A stretch of 64,000 nt of DNA from Armatimonadota bacterium (GTDB lineage: Bacteria > Armatimonadota > UBA5829 > DSUL01), in NCBI GenBank assembly GCA_025998755.1, contig AP024674.1, positions 1,936,162 to 2,000,161 on the forward strand, given 5' to 3'. Numbering within the stretch: position 1 is the stretch's first letter; each line of letters starts with the position of its first letter. Below are positions 30,223 through 39,966 of this stretch, in pieces. A model generated the notes under the pieces. It had not been told where the DNA came from, did not search any database, and was given only the letters and a program-made list of their open reading frames with translations. The position numbers and the translations under genes are program-made.

Positions 30223-31272
30223 GTGACTTTCTTACCCTGCCGGCCGTCCATGCAAAACTGCTCGTTAGCGAATAATAACTATTCCTGTACAAGGGTTCCC
30301 CTCTGGACCCTGCTTCTTGTCCTGCTGGTTCTTTCCTGTCTGCCGCGCGCCCGGGCGTCTGTGGTCCCCCAACAATACTCCATGCCGAAACAAGCCCTGG
30401 AGTGGGTGGTATCCTTCGAGGTGCGCTCGCTTGAGGATCTGGAGAGGCTGCAGCGCAGATGCCGGATCATCATCGAGTCCCTCCCAGCGGGACCGGAGGC
30501 GCAGGACGCGCGGGATACTGTGATGACGGTGGAGGATTTTGCCTCGCCACAGACGGCCCCCGGGGAGGAACTTCTGCTAGTATCCTTTACGCACTCCGAT
30601 GACCCAGCCATCCGCCGTCTGCGGGATTCGGTCGGCCTGAAACCTCCGGAAGGAGCAGCAGTGGTGCGTGTTTATCCCACTCCGGCCGAGATGCCATCCG
30701 GAATCAGGCGCCTGTTCCGGGGCGAGACGGCCGGAATCACTTTCCTGACACGCTACATCGCCATCTGGACGGAAGGCCGCTCGGACGAGGAGACAGCGGA
30801 CCTGCTGTCTCACGAACTGGCGCATGCGTTCGTGCTGAGCCTTCTGGGGCTGGAGGCTAACAGGCTGCCCCAGTGGTTCCACGAAGGTTTGGCTCTCCAT
30901 CTCTCAGGAGGAAAGACGCAATACATCAGCCACCAGGACTACGGCCACACCCGAGTGAGCTGGTCGCCACGTGACTACAACGAATGGAGGCGCGCCTTCC
31001 GCTATCTGGACCGCCGCTTCGGGACGGAGGAGACGGAGAGATTCATCCGGGAGGCCATCGAGACCCGCGACGCGGAGGGCGCGCTGCGGAAGGTTATCGG
31101 ACTGTCCGGCTACCCCGAGCTTGCGCGGCTGGCCCGGCGCCGCTGGTTGCTGGAGCAGACAACGCGAGCCGGAGCGATCCTGGGTCTGCTGGCACTGGCT
31201 GCCTATCTGCTGCGGCTCAGGGCGTGGCGTGAGCGAAGGGAGATGCTGGAGGATGATGAAATGCGCTGGTAG
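30223..31272 (+). CDS. Exported zinc metallopeptidase (MA clan) with a C-terminal membrane anchor
   Basis: HELAH followed by PQWFHEGLA; hydrophobic N-terminus; C-terminal TM. Start uncertain. Confidence 0.75.
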   Translation: MTFLPCRPSMQNCSLANNNYSCTRVPLWTLLLVLLVLSCLPRARASVVPQQYSMPKQALEWVVSFEVRSLEDLERLQRRCRIIIESLPAGPEAQDARDTVMTVEDFASPQTAPGEELLLVSFTHSDDPAIRRLRDSVGLKPPEGAAVVRVYPTPAEMPSGIRRLFRGETAGITFLTRYIAIWTEGRSDEETADLLSHELAHAFVLSLLGLEANRLPQWFHEGLALHLSGGKTQYISHQDYGHTRVSWSPRDYNEWRRAFRYLDRRFGTEETERFIREAIETRDAEGALRKVIGLSGYPELARLARRRWLLEQTTRAGAILGLLALAAYLLRLRAWRERREMLEDDEMRW

Positions 31273-31278
31273 GCTCCC

Positions 31279-32772
31279 ATGGCGATGAGTATGCTTCTGG
31301 CGCTCCTGGGAGGCTGGCTGGTAGCTTATCTGATCTTCATCCGGAGCGGCCGCCCTGATGAGCGTCCCGGGATGCGAGTGCTCCTGTCGTTTGCGGCTGG
31401 AGTCGCCACCTCATTTCTGGCGACGGCGCTCTGGATGCTCAGCGCGGGAGCCGTGCCGTCGGGAATGGAATTCGTGCCGGCAGGAATGCTTCTGCTGGGA
31501 CTGGGAGTTGGATGGCTGGGCCAGAGGACATGGCTGTCCGGCCAGCTGATCACCAACACGCCGGTTACGCGCATCCGCTCAGCCCCCCAGGGCTGGGTGA
31601 AGCTGAGAGGACAGGCCATCGTCGAGGAGCCAGTCTATTCCTGCACGGGCCACATCCCATGTCTATATTTTTCAGAGAGAACGGAACGCTACACCCGCCA
31701 TACCCGCCGCGTGCAGGATCCGCAGACCAAAGAGTGGAGGACTGAGACCTACTATTCCTGGGATTATTGGTCATCGGCCTCCGGCGCGGCACCTTTCCGC
31801 TTGACGGATGGCACAGGGCAGGTGGCGGTGGACGTGAAGGCGACGGTGTTTTACCCTGCTCACTCGGCGCAGTTCTACAACGGCATTCCGGGCAGCGGAA
31901 GTATCTCTGCCAGGGAGGGAGACTTTCGCACCACCGTGAACTACATTGCCCTGGGCTCGCAACTGGAGGCTGTTGGGCGGCTCCACCTGAGGGTTTTGAC
32001 ACGTCATCCCACGCAAGGCGCGGCGATGGTGGCAGAGGGATCGCTGGGGGGCGTCGCCGTCGATCGAAGGCTGGGAGGCTGCTTCGGGATCATGGTGGGT
32101 GGCCTGATGGTCGCCGGCGCTCCGCTTTCGCCAGCCCTTATTGCCGGGATAAACGGGGAGAACAACATGGACTTCAACTCCGCTCTTGCCTTCGTGCTTG
32201 CCGGGTCCGCGCTTGGTCTGGTGCTGTTGGGATGGATGGTAAGCCTTTACAATGCCATCGTCACACTCAAGAAACAGGCGGAGCGCGCGTGGTCGGATAT
32301 TGACGTGCAACTGCAGATGCGCTGGGACCTGGTGCCCAACCTGGTGGAGACGGTGAAGGCATACGCGCAGCACGAGCGACAGATCTTCGAGGCCACGCTG
32401 GCCGCAAGGGAACGCGCGCTCGGCGCGCGGGACAGAAGAACCCGGATCTCTGCGGAGGACCGACTGGAGCAGACTCTGCCGCCACTGCTGGCCATAGCCG
32501 AGGACTATCCGCAACTCAAGGCATCGGAAAACTTCCTGAAACTGCAGCAGCAGTTGCAGGAGATGGAGGACATCATTGCCGACCGCAGGGAGATTTACAA
32601 TGACAGCGCGACGAACTTCAATACGTTCATCCAGTCCTTTCCGGGACTGCTGATGGCAGGCGCGCTGTCCGAGAAGCCGCTGCCGCTGTTCCAGGCGGAA
32701 CCGGCGGCGCGTCAGCATCCGCTCTCCGGAAGATCGCCTTCGGCCGGTGGCGGACACAATGCGGGAGGATAA
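31279..32772 (+). CDS. Membrane protein: GIDE-like domain fused to LemA
   Basis: TPVTRIRSAPQGWVKLRG...PFRLTDGTGQVAVD (GIDE); YN..V......AWSDIDVQLQMRWDLVPNLVETVKAYAQHE...AEDYPQLKASENFL (LemA). Confidence 0.88.
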   Translation: MAMSMLLALLGGWLVAYLIFIRSGRPDERPGMRVLLSFAAGVATSFLATALWMLSAGAVPSGMEFVPAGMLLLGLGVGWLGQRTWLSGQLITNTPVTRIRSAPQGWVKLRGQAIVEEPVYSCTGHIPCLYFSERTERYTRHTRRVQDPQTKEWRTETYYSWDYWSSASGAAPFRLTDGTGQVAVDVKATVFYPAHSAQFYNGIPGSGSISAREGDFRTTVNYIALGSQLEAVGRLHLRVLTRHPTQGAAMVAEGSLGGVAVDRRLGGCFGIMVGGLMVAGAPLSPALIAGINGENNMDFNSALAFVLAGSALGLVLLGWMVSLYNAIVTLKKQAERAWSDIDVQLQMRWDLVPNLVETVKAYAQHERQIFEATLAARERALGARDRRTRISAEDRLEQTLPPLLAIAEDYPQLKASENFLKLQQQLQEMEDIIADRREIYNDSATNFNTFIQSFPGLLMAGALSEKPLPLFQAEPAARQHPLSGRSPSAGGGHNAGG

Positions 32773-32777
32773 CAACG

Positions 32778-33767
32778 ATGCAATACCGATCGCTGGGGCG
32801 CACGGGCGTCAAAGTCAGCAAGCTCTGTCTGGGATGCATGATGTTCGGCCGCAAGACGGACGAGGCGGAAAGCATCCGTATGGTGCACCGCGCCATGGAC
32901 GCGGGCATCAATTTCCTGGACACGGCCAACGTCTATGCCCGTGGAGCAAGCGAGGAGATCACCGGCAAGGCCCTGAAGGACGGCAGGCGTGACCGGGTGG
33001 TGCTGGCCACGAAGGTGCATGGACGGATGGAGGACGATGAGCCGAACGCGCAGGGCAATCACCGGAGGCACATCATCCAGCAGTGCGAAGCATCACTTAG
33101 ACGCCTGCAGACTGACTGGATAGACCTGTATCAGATCCATCGTCCGGACCCTTGCATCCCTGTGGATGAGACGCTGCGCGCGCTGGATGATCTGGTGCGG
33201 CAGGGCAAGGTGCGCTATATCGGGACCAGCACGTTCGCGGCTTGGCAGATCATGGAAGCACTCTGGGTTTCCAAAGAGCTCGGGTTGAACCGGTTCGTAT
33301 GCGAGCAGCCGCCGTATCATCCGCTGGACCGGCGAATCGAGCGCGAGCTGGTCCCGATGGCGCTGACGTATGGCATTGGGCTCATCCCGTGGTCGCCGCT
33401 GGCTGGAGGGTTCTTCACCGGGAAATACCGTCGCGGGGAGCCGTTCCCGGAGGATGCGCGTCTGGCCGGCAGCTCCCGCCAATATGGGGATGCGGCTTTC
33501 GACGTGCTGGACGTGTTTGAGGAACTGGCACGGGAGAAGGGGGCGACGCCATCTCAGGTGGCTCTGGCCTGGAACGCGGCTCAGCCCGGCATCACCGCGC
33601 CCATCATCGGCCCGCGCACCATGGAGCAGCTTGAGGACAACCTGGGCGCGGCGGAGGTGGAGATAACGGACTCCGACCGTGAGCGCATTGACGCCGTCGC
33701 TGCTCCCGGCCGCGCCATTGTGCCGTTATACGAGGCTGCCTGGGGCCCGCATCCCCACCGCTGGTGA
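32778..33767 (+). CDS. Aldo/keto reductase
   Basis: LGRTGVKVS.LCLG, DTANVY, LATK, IDLYQIH, WSPLAGG. Confidence 0.95.
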   Translation: MQYRSLGRTGVKVSKLCLGCMMFGRKTDEAESIRMVHRAMDAGINFLDTANVYARGASEEITGKALKDGRRDRVVLATKVHGRMEDDEPNAQGNHRRHIIQQCEASLRRLQTDWIDLYQIHRPDPCIPVDETLRALDDLVRQGKVRYIGTSTFAAWQIMEALWVSKELGLNRFVCEQPPYHPLDRRIERELVPMALTYGIGLIPWSPLAGGFFTGKYRRGEPFPEDARLAGSSRQYGDAAFDVLDVFEELAREKGATPSQVALAWNAAQPGITAPIIGPRTMEQLEDNLGAAEVEITDSDRERIDAVAAPGRAIVPLYEAAWGPHPHRW

Positions 33768-33779
33768 TGGGTGAAGGAG

Positions 33780-34224
33780 GGGCCGGCCGTCACGACTTTT
33801 CCGATCAGCAAGAGTTCGGCGCCGTCGGGGGAGAGCTTGGCCGAGGCCGTGGTCTTGGGATACCAAATCCCCTCTTTTCCTTTGTCCCCTCGGCCATCAT
33901 CTCGCCGGCCACTCCCAGCCATTTGCCCGGCGAGAACTTTACCGTGACTCCCTGGCCGATGTTCAGGCGGGCGCCCTCATTTACAAAGACCTGGGCCTCC
34001 ACGATGTATTCCGGGCCCGATCCCTGCCTGCCGAAGTCAGAGTCGGCGTTCCAGGTAACGGTCTGGCCATCATTGTAGTGCCGGTCAACAATGTTGTAGC
34101 GCCACTCCTGGTTGTAACCGTCCCAGTAGTAGTCACGATTGACGTACACAGCAGCGTGCACGGAACCGGCGATGAGAAGAACCGCGCAAGCCGCAACAAG
34201 CATGCGCAAAGCGGGAGGAACCAT
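33780..34224 (-). pseudogene. Truncated or internally deleted secreted protein
   Basis: Signal peptide and the start of a beta-helix-type domain (YIVEAQVFVNEGARLNIGQGVTVKF...AEGT) that breaks off; a shifted frame then reads TTASAKLSPDGAELLLIGKVVTAG. Confidence 0.6.
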
Positions 34225-34570
34225 CCCCAACACCTTCTTTCTCTCTTGTAGATTTACCGGTAAGGCTATCTCTGAACGGGGGAGTCCCCCGACACATTCA
34301 CGGGTCAGTTGACGCACGACCGTCTGACACCGGTGTATCGGGAGAAGCTGGGAATCCGGGAGGCGGGCCTTTCTGCACGACCGGGAGAGAGGCAGGGGTC
34401 CGGATCACGGTTCAGCCACCCTCAAAGATTATGATAACTCCCTGTCAATCGGCCGAAAATCCGTACTTTTGCCAGTATTGGATAACGATTGCCGTTGCCG
34501 CAATCAGTGCCGTCCAGGACGCCATCCGGCTTGATTGGGCTACAATCCCGGCAGAAGCAGAGGCCCGGAT

Positions 34571-37500
34571 ATGGTCATGCCGGACGAGCAAGATCCTCTG
34601 GACGGTTTTCACCCCGCCACCGCAGGGTGGTTCCGGCGCGCGCTTGGCCAGCCCACCCCCGCCCAGGCGATGGGATGGCCGCCCATCCGCGCGGGCGAAA
34701 ACACCCTGATCCTTGCCCCGACGGGATCCGGCAAGACTCTGGCCGCCTTTCTGGCAGGGCTGGACCACCTGTTCCAGAAAGGTCTTGAAGGATCGCTGCC
34801 GAAGGGGGTATCACTCCTCTATATCTCCCCGCTCAAGGCTCTGAACTATGACATCGAGCGCAACCTGCGCCACCCTCTTGGGGGAATCGCGCAGGAGATG
34901 CGGCGTATGGGGCTGGAGCCTCCTGAGATACGGACAGCGGTACGGACCGGAGATACACCGTCCCGGGAGCGAGCCCGCATGGCGCGCCGGCCGCCGCACA
35001 TCCTCATCACCACTCCCGAGTCACTCAATCTGATCCTGTGCTCGCGCGCCGCCGCGATGCTTTCCGGCGTGCGGCAGGTCATCGTGGACGAGATCCATTC
35101 CCTGGCATCCAACAAACGGGGAGCATTCCTGTCCGTCTTGCTGGAACGGCTGGAAGACCTGACCGGGCGGAGCTTCTCCCGTGTGGGACTTTCGGCCACC
35201 CAGCGTCCACTGGAGGAGGTGGCCCGGTTTCTGGGTGGATATGACTCCCGAGGGTACCAACGGCCCGTCCGGATTGTGGACGCGGGTGCGCGCAAAAAGC
35301 TGGATGTCGCCGTGGATACCGCCGTGGCGGACTTCCGCACCATGGAGACAGGCGAGCTGTGGCCGTCGCTCGAGGGCAAACTGCTGCGGGAAGTGGAACG
35401 GCGGCGGTCAAGCATCATCTTTGCGAACACGCGCGGGGCGGTGGAGCGCCTCAGCCGGGAACTGAATGAGATGGCCGGGGAACGACTGGTCGAGCCCCAC
35501 CACGGAAGCATCTCCGCGACGCGACGCAGGGAGACGGAGGAGCGCCTGAAGAGGGGAGAGCTGCGAGCCGTGGTCGCCACCGCAAGTCTGGAGCTGGGCA
35601 TAGACATGGGTGCGGTGGAGCTTGTGTGCCAGGTGGGATCGCCGAAGTCTGTCGCCGCCGGTCTGCAGAGAGTGGGACGGGCCGGACATCTGGCCGGAGC
35701 GGAGAGCGTGGGCCGTATTTTCGCGACATCCCCGGTGGATCTTCTGGAAAGTGCGATTCTGGCCGCCGGAATGTTGGAAAGTGAAGTGGAACCGACGCGC
35801 ATCGTCAGCAATCCGCTGGATGTCCTGGCCCAGCAGATTGCGGCGATGTGCGTGCACGGCCCTGTAGATGTCGAGGGCATTTTCAACACGGTCCGGCGCT
35901 CGGCCTGCTTTCACAACCTGTCATCGGAGGCGTTCCATCGCACGCTTGAAATGGTGGCCGGACGGATGGGGAAAGGTCTGCCCGCGCGCGTCTCCCTGGA
36001 CCGTGTGAACGGCCGAGTGCTGCCTCTCCCTGGCACGCTCCGGGCGGTGGTGGCAGGCGGAGGGGTCATCCCGGATACGGGACAGTTCCCGGTGTATCTG
36101 AGCGGTACGCGCACGTCCATCGGGGAGCTGGACGAAGAATTCGTCTTCGAGGCGCGGGAGGGCGACGCGTTCCGGCTGGGAGTGAGCACGTGGCGCATTG
36201 AGAAGATCGAGGCAGACAGAATCTTCGTGCGCCCTTCCCCCGGATCGCCGGCAAAAGCCCCGTTCTGGCGCGGGGAGCAGGTAAGCCGTCCACCCGCCAC
36301 CGGTGAGGCTATCGGCAGGTTCCTGGCGGAGACGGAGGATCTGAAGGGGCTGGAGGAGATCCGCGACTTTGTTCAGCAAAGGACCCCCTGCACGCCGGAG
36401 GCGGCGCGCTCTCTGGCGCAATTCATCCACCGGCAGCGCGAGAAGGGTGCTCTCCCCACGCACCGGCGCATTGTGGTGGAGTTCTACCGTGACGCCATCG
36501 GCGAGGGACGTATGGTGGTCATCACGCCATACGGGTCGCGGGTGCACCAGGCGCTCCGGATTGCCCTGACCGGGATGTTGCAGGATGAGACGGGCGCCGC
36601 TCCGGAGAGCATGGCGGGAGATGAAGGGGTGCTTATCCGGCTGCCTTCGGAAGAGGGCTGCTCCGCAGCGACCTTGAGGAAGCTGACGCCGGAGCGGTTC
36701 CGGGAACTGCTGCGGCGCGGACTGATGCGAAGCGCCCTGTTCGGGCTGCGGTTCCGCCAGAATGCCGCACGAGCCCTGCTGATGCCCCCGCGCCAGCCCG
36801 GCCGCAGGAGTCCTCTGTGGCTCCAGCGCCTGAAGGCGAAGGATCTTCTCCAGATGGTGCGCGGGATCCCGGATTTCCCAGTGGTGCTGGAGACCACGCG
36901 GGAGTGTCTGGAAGAGCAGATGGACGCCGCCCTCACGGAGCGGCTGCTGGCCGGACTCCAGTCCGGGGAGGTGGAGTTAAAGGAGGTGCATTCGGCGGCG
37001 CCCTCACCGTTCGCATCGGCGCTGGAGTTCCAGCTGCAGATGGAGTTCATGTACGTCTGGGACCGGCCGGTGGGGGCTGCAGCACTGGAGGCAGGACCAG
37101 CCGGGCATCAGGCGACACCTCTGACAACCGGACGAGCGCTCGATGGCCGCGCCATCGAGCGGCTCCGGGAGGAGGCTCAAGCACTGTCCTCACGCTCACG
37201 CGCCCGCAACGCCGCAGAGCTGGCGGAGACTCTGCGGCGGCTGGGAGACCTCTCAGCCCATGAGGCCGCGGAGCGCTCCGCCAGCGGCGATCTTTCCCTC
37301 CTGCAGGAGCTCACCGCGACCGGGACAGTGGTTGCACTGGAGATCTGTGGGGAAGAGCGGTTCGTTCTGGCGGAGGAGGCCGCGGAATGGCGGGCAGCCG
37401 TTCGAGATCCGGGCGCGAGCGGGGTTTTCTGGAACAGGGCGGCAGCCCGCCACATCGCGGCAAGCCCTGGATGCCGTCCTGAGGAGTTCGCATCCCGCTA

Positions 37501-38866
37501 TGGTCTGAGTCCGGACTTCGCACGTTCCCGCTTCCAGGAGGCGCGCCATGCGGGTCTGGCTCTGGAGGCGGAAGGCCGCTGGATGACCCCCGAGGCGCTA
37601 GAGGCCGCAGTGCGCATGTCCCGAGGGATCAGGCGCAGAGAGGCGCGGCCGGTACCGCTGGAGTACTTCCAGCAGTTCGTCCTGGCGTGGCAGCACACTC
37701 TCCCGGTAGACCGCCTTCACGGCAGGGAGGGAACGCTGGAGATCCTGGAGCAGCTGGCAGGATGCTGTCTGCCTGCCAGACTCTGGGAGCCGGAGGTTCT
37801 TGCCCGGCGCGTGGAGGGCTACCAACCCGAATGGCTGGACTGGCTGCTGGGAGCCGGCCTTGTGCTCTGGCGCGGCGTTCCGGGAGCAGGCCGACCCGGA
37901 GATCTTGCGCTGCTGCCCAGAGGACTGGAGCGCCTGCCGCTGACCGTACGGGAGCCCGACGCTCCGCCGGAGGGTTCCTTTGAATGCTCCGTGCTGGAGA
38001 CTCTGCGCGAACGCGGCGCAAGCTTTTTGGTGGATCTGGGGCTTGCGCTGAGAACAGACACCCGCAAGATCGAGAAGACGTTAATGGATCTGGCCTGGGC
38101 GGGTCTGGTTACCCACGACTCTTTCGCTCCGGTGCGCGGTAATCAGCCGGCGCCGGACATCCATCGGGAGGCTCAGCGGGCGCACGGTTCTCCTCGCCAT
38201 CGTTACCAGCAGCTCAAACGGTTGCGTCCCGCGTTGAAGCTGGCTGCGCCGGGGCGCTGGCAGGCACTGGATGCATCGCAGACCGTGCTGGACGAGGAAA
38301 CGGTGGAGTTACTTGCCCGTCTTCTGCTGGAGCGCTACGGGGTGGCGGCGCGGGACATCGCTCACCTTGCCGGCATCCCGGCCCCGTGGGTGAGTCTTTA
38401 CCGCGCTCTGGAACGGATGGAGCTGGCGGGCGAGGTGGAAAGGGGATATTTCGTGGAAGATCTGGGTGGCGCTCAGTTTGCTCTGCCGGAAGCTATGCAG
38501 GCGCTGAAAGGCGCCTCGACAGGTGATGCCGCGGTGGTTCTTAACACCTGCGACCCGGCGCTGGTCACCGCCCTCCCCTGCGCGCGGCGGCCCGGCAACT
38601 ATGTTGTTCTGCTGAAGGGAAAGCCTGCGCTGATTCTGGAATCCGCTGCGAAAAGGCTGCTGCCCGTGGGGTCCGAAGCCGGGGCACTGAAATGTCTCCC
38701 GTCCTTGCGTCACGTCCTGGCATCGCCCTGGCCCCTGCGTCCCATCCGCCGCTTGGAGGTTATCCTGTGGGGTGACGCCGAGATCCACGGGCATCCGGTG
38801 GAGAGCGCCCTGAGGTCTCACGGTTTCCAGCGCACACCCAGGGGAATGCTGCTGGAGGCAGGCTGA
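34571..38866 (+). CDS. lhr: Long Lhr-family DEAD/DEAH helicase with C-terminal winged-helix domains
   Basis: APTGSGKT, ISPLKAL, TTPESL, DEIH, GLSAT, HHGS, LELGID, QRVGRAGH, GELDEEF, LLERYGV, RGYFVE.LGGAQFA. Confidence 0.93.
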   Translation: MVMPDEQDPLDGFHPATAGWFRRALGQPTPAQAMGWPPIRAGENTLILAPTGSGKTLAAFLAGLDHLFQKGLEGSLPKGVSLLYISPLKALNYDIERNLRHPLGGIAQEMRRMGLEPPEIRTAVRTGDTPSRERARMARRPPHILITTPESLNLILCSRAAAMLSGVRQVIVDEIHSLASNKRGAFLSVLLERLEDLTGRSFSRVGLSATQRPLEEVARFLGGYDSRGYQRPVRIVDAGARKKLDVAVDTAVADFRTMETGELWPSLEGKLLREVERRRSSIIFANTRGAVERLSRELNEMAGERLVEPHHGSISATRRRETEERLKRGELRAVVATASLELGIDMGAVELVCQVGSPKSVAAGLQRVGRAGHLAGAESVGRIFATSPVDLLESAILAAGMLESEVEPTRIVSNPLDVLAQQIAAMCVHGPVDVEGIFNTVRRSACFHNLSSEAFHRTLEMVAGRMGKGLPARVSLDRVNGRVLPLPGTLRAVVAGGGVIPDTGQFPVYLSGTRTSIGELDEEFVFEAREGDAFRLGVSTWRIEKIEADRIFVRPSPGSPAKAPFWRGEQVSRPPATGEAIGRFLAETEDLKGLEEIRDFVQQRTPCTPEAARSLAQFIHRQREKGALPTHRRIVVEFYRDAIGEGRMVVITPYGSRVHQALRIALTGMLQDETGAAPESMAGDEGVLIRLPSEEGCSAATLRKLTPERFRELLRRGLMRSALFGLRFRQNAARALLMPPRQPGRRSPLWLQRLKAKDLLQMVRGIPDFPVVLETTRECLEEQMDAALTERLLAGLQSGEVELKEVHSAAPSPFASALEFQLQMEFMYVWDRPVGAAALEAGPAGHQATPLTTGRALDGRAIERLREEAQALSSRSRARNAAELAETLRRLGDLSAHEAAERSASGDLSLLQELTATGTVVALEICGEERFVLAEEAAEWRAAVRDPGASGVFWNRAAARHIAASPGCRPEEFASRYGLSPDFARSRFQEARHAGLALEAEGRWMTPEALEAAVRMSRGIRRREARPVPLEYFQQFVLAWQHTLPVDRLHGREGTLEILEQLAGCCLPARLWEPEVLARRVEGYQPEWLDWLLGAGLVLWRGVPGAGRPGDLALLPRGLERLPLTVREPDAPPEGSFECSVLETLRERGASFLVDLGLALRTDTRKIEKTLMDLAWAGLVTHDSFAPVRGNQPAPDIHREAQRAHGSPRHRYQQLKRLRPALKLAAPGRWQALDASQTVLDEETVELLARLLLERYGVAARDIAHLAGIPAPWVSLYRALERMELAGEVERGYFVEDLGGAQFALPEAMQALKGASTGDAAVVLNTCDPALVTALPCARRPGNYVVLLKGKPALILESAAKRLLPVGSEAGALKCLPSLRHVLASPWPLRPIRRLEVILWGDAEIHGHPVESALRSHGFQRTPRGMLLEAG

Positions 38867-38913
38867 TCGGAAAAGCGCGCGCTGCGCCCCGGGGAAGAGG
38901 CTGGAGGAGACAC

Positions 38914-39966
38914 TTGGAGTTCAAACCGGACTGGGAACAGGCTATTAGGCGATTTGAGGCATGGTATGCCTTCGAGGAGTCGGACCGGCCCGTTATGATG
39001 GTCAGCGCTCCGAAGGCGCCCCGTCAGGCTCCTCCCGCTCCTGGAGACCTCCTGCGGCGCTGGACGGACCCGGAATACCTCATTGCCCGTCACGAGGCGG
39101 CCTTCCGTTCCACACACTTTGCCGGAGAATCCTATCCGCTCTGCTGGCCCAACCTCGGACCGGGAATCGCCGGCGCGTTTGCCGGCTGCGAACCCGTCTT
39201 CGACGAGACGACCATGTGGCTCCAGCCGCTGGACCGCCCCCTCTCCGCAATCCATCCAGTCTGGAACGGGGACAACCCCTGGTGGAAGATAACTCTGGAA
39301 CTGACCCGCGCTGCAGCGGAAGCAGGCAAAGGCCGCTGGGTGACCGCCGTCACGGATCTGGGTGGAGTCACGGACGTGCTGGCCGGCATGCGGCATTCCG
39401 ACCGACTGTGCATCGAGATGCTGGAGGAGCCGGAAGAGGTCCTGCGGGTGCGTGACGGCCTGCTGGAGATCTGGAAACGGGCGTACAGTGCGCTGGCGGA
39501 CATCACACAGCCGGCCAACGGAGGCACCACAGGCTGGCTGGGAGCGTTCAGCGTCCACCGAACATATCCTCTCCAGTGCGACTTCTGCTGCATGATCGGA
39601 CCAGACATGTTCGAGCGATTCGTTCTGCCGGAGCTGCGGGAGCTATGCCGGTGGCTGGACCGGTCGGTCTATCATCTGGATGGACCCGGCGCGGTGAAGC
39701 ATCTGGACGCACTGCTTGGCATCCCCGAGCTCAACGCCATCCAGTGGGTTCAGGGCGCGGGACAGGCTCCGACGATCGAGTGGGTGGACTTGCTCAAACG
39801 CATTCTGGATGCCGGGAAGTCCGTCTTCGCCTATGCATCGCCGCAGGAAGTGCGGCCCCTGTTGGAAAGGCTTGGGGCTCGGGGCGTGGCGCTGGCGGTG
39901 GGAGCTTCCACCCCTGAGGAAGCGGATTATCTGGTGCGGATGTCGGGCGAATGGAGCCGCGCCTGA
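38914..39966 (+). CDS. Uroporphyrinogen decarboxylase-like (MtaA/CmuA superfamily) protein of unknown function
   Basis: DRP, PNLGPG, QCDF..MI.P.MFERFVLP, YHLDG, AIQWV.GAG; GGAGG RBS. Confidence 0.75.
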   Translation: MEFKPDWEQAIRRFEAWYAFEESDRPVMMVSAPKAPRQAPPAPGDLLRRWTDPEYLIARHEAAFRSTHFAGESYPLCWPNLGPGIAGAFAGCEPVFDETTMWLQPLDRPLSAIHPVWNGDNPWWKITLELTRAAAEAGKGRWVTAVTDLGGVTDVLAGMRHSDRLCIEMLEEPEEVLRVRDGLLEIWKRAYSALADITQPANGGTTGWLGAFSVHRTYPLQCDFCCMIGPDMFERFVLPELRELCRWLDRSVYHLDGPGAVKHLDALLGIPELNAIQWVQGAGQAPTIEWVDLLKRILDAGKSVFAYASPQEVRPLLERLGARGVALAVGASTPEEADYLVRMSGEWSRA

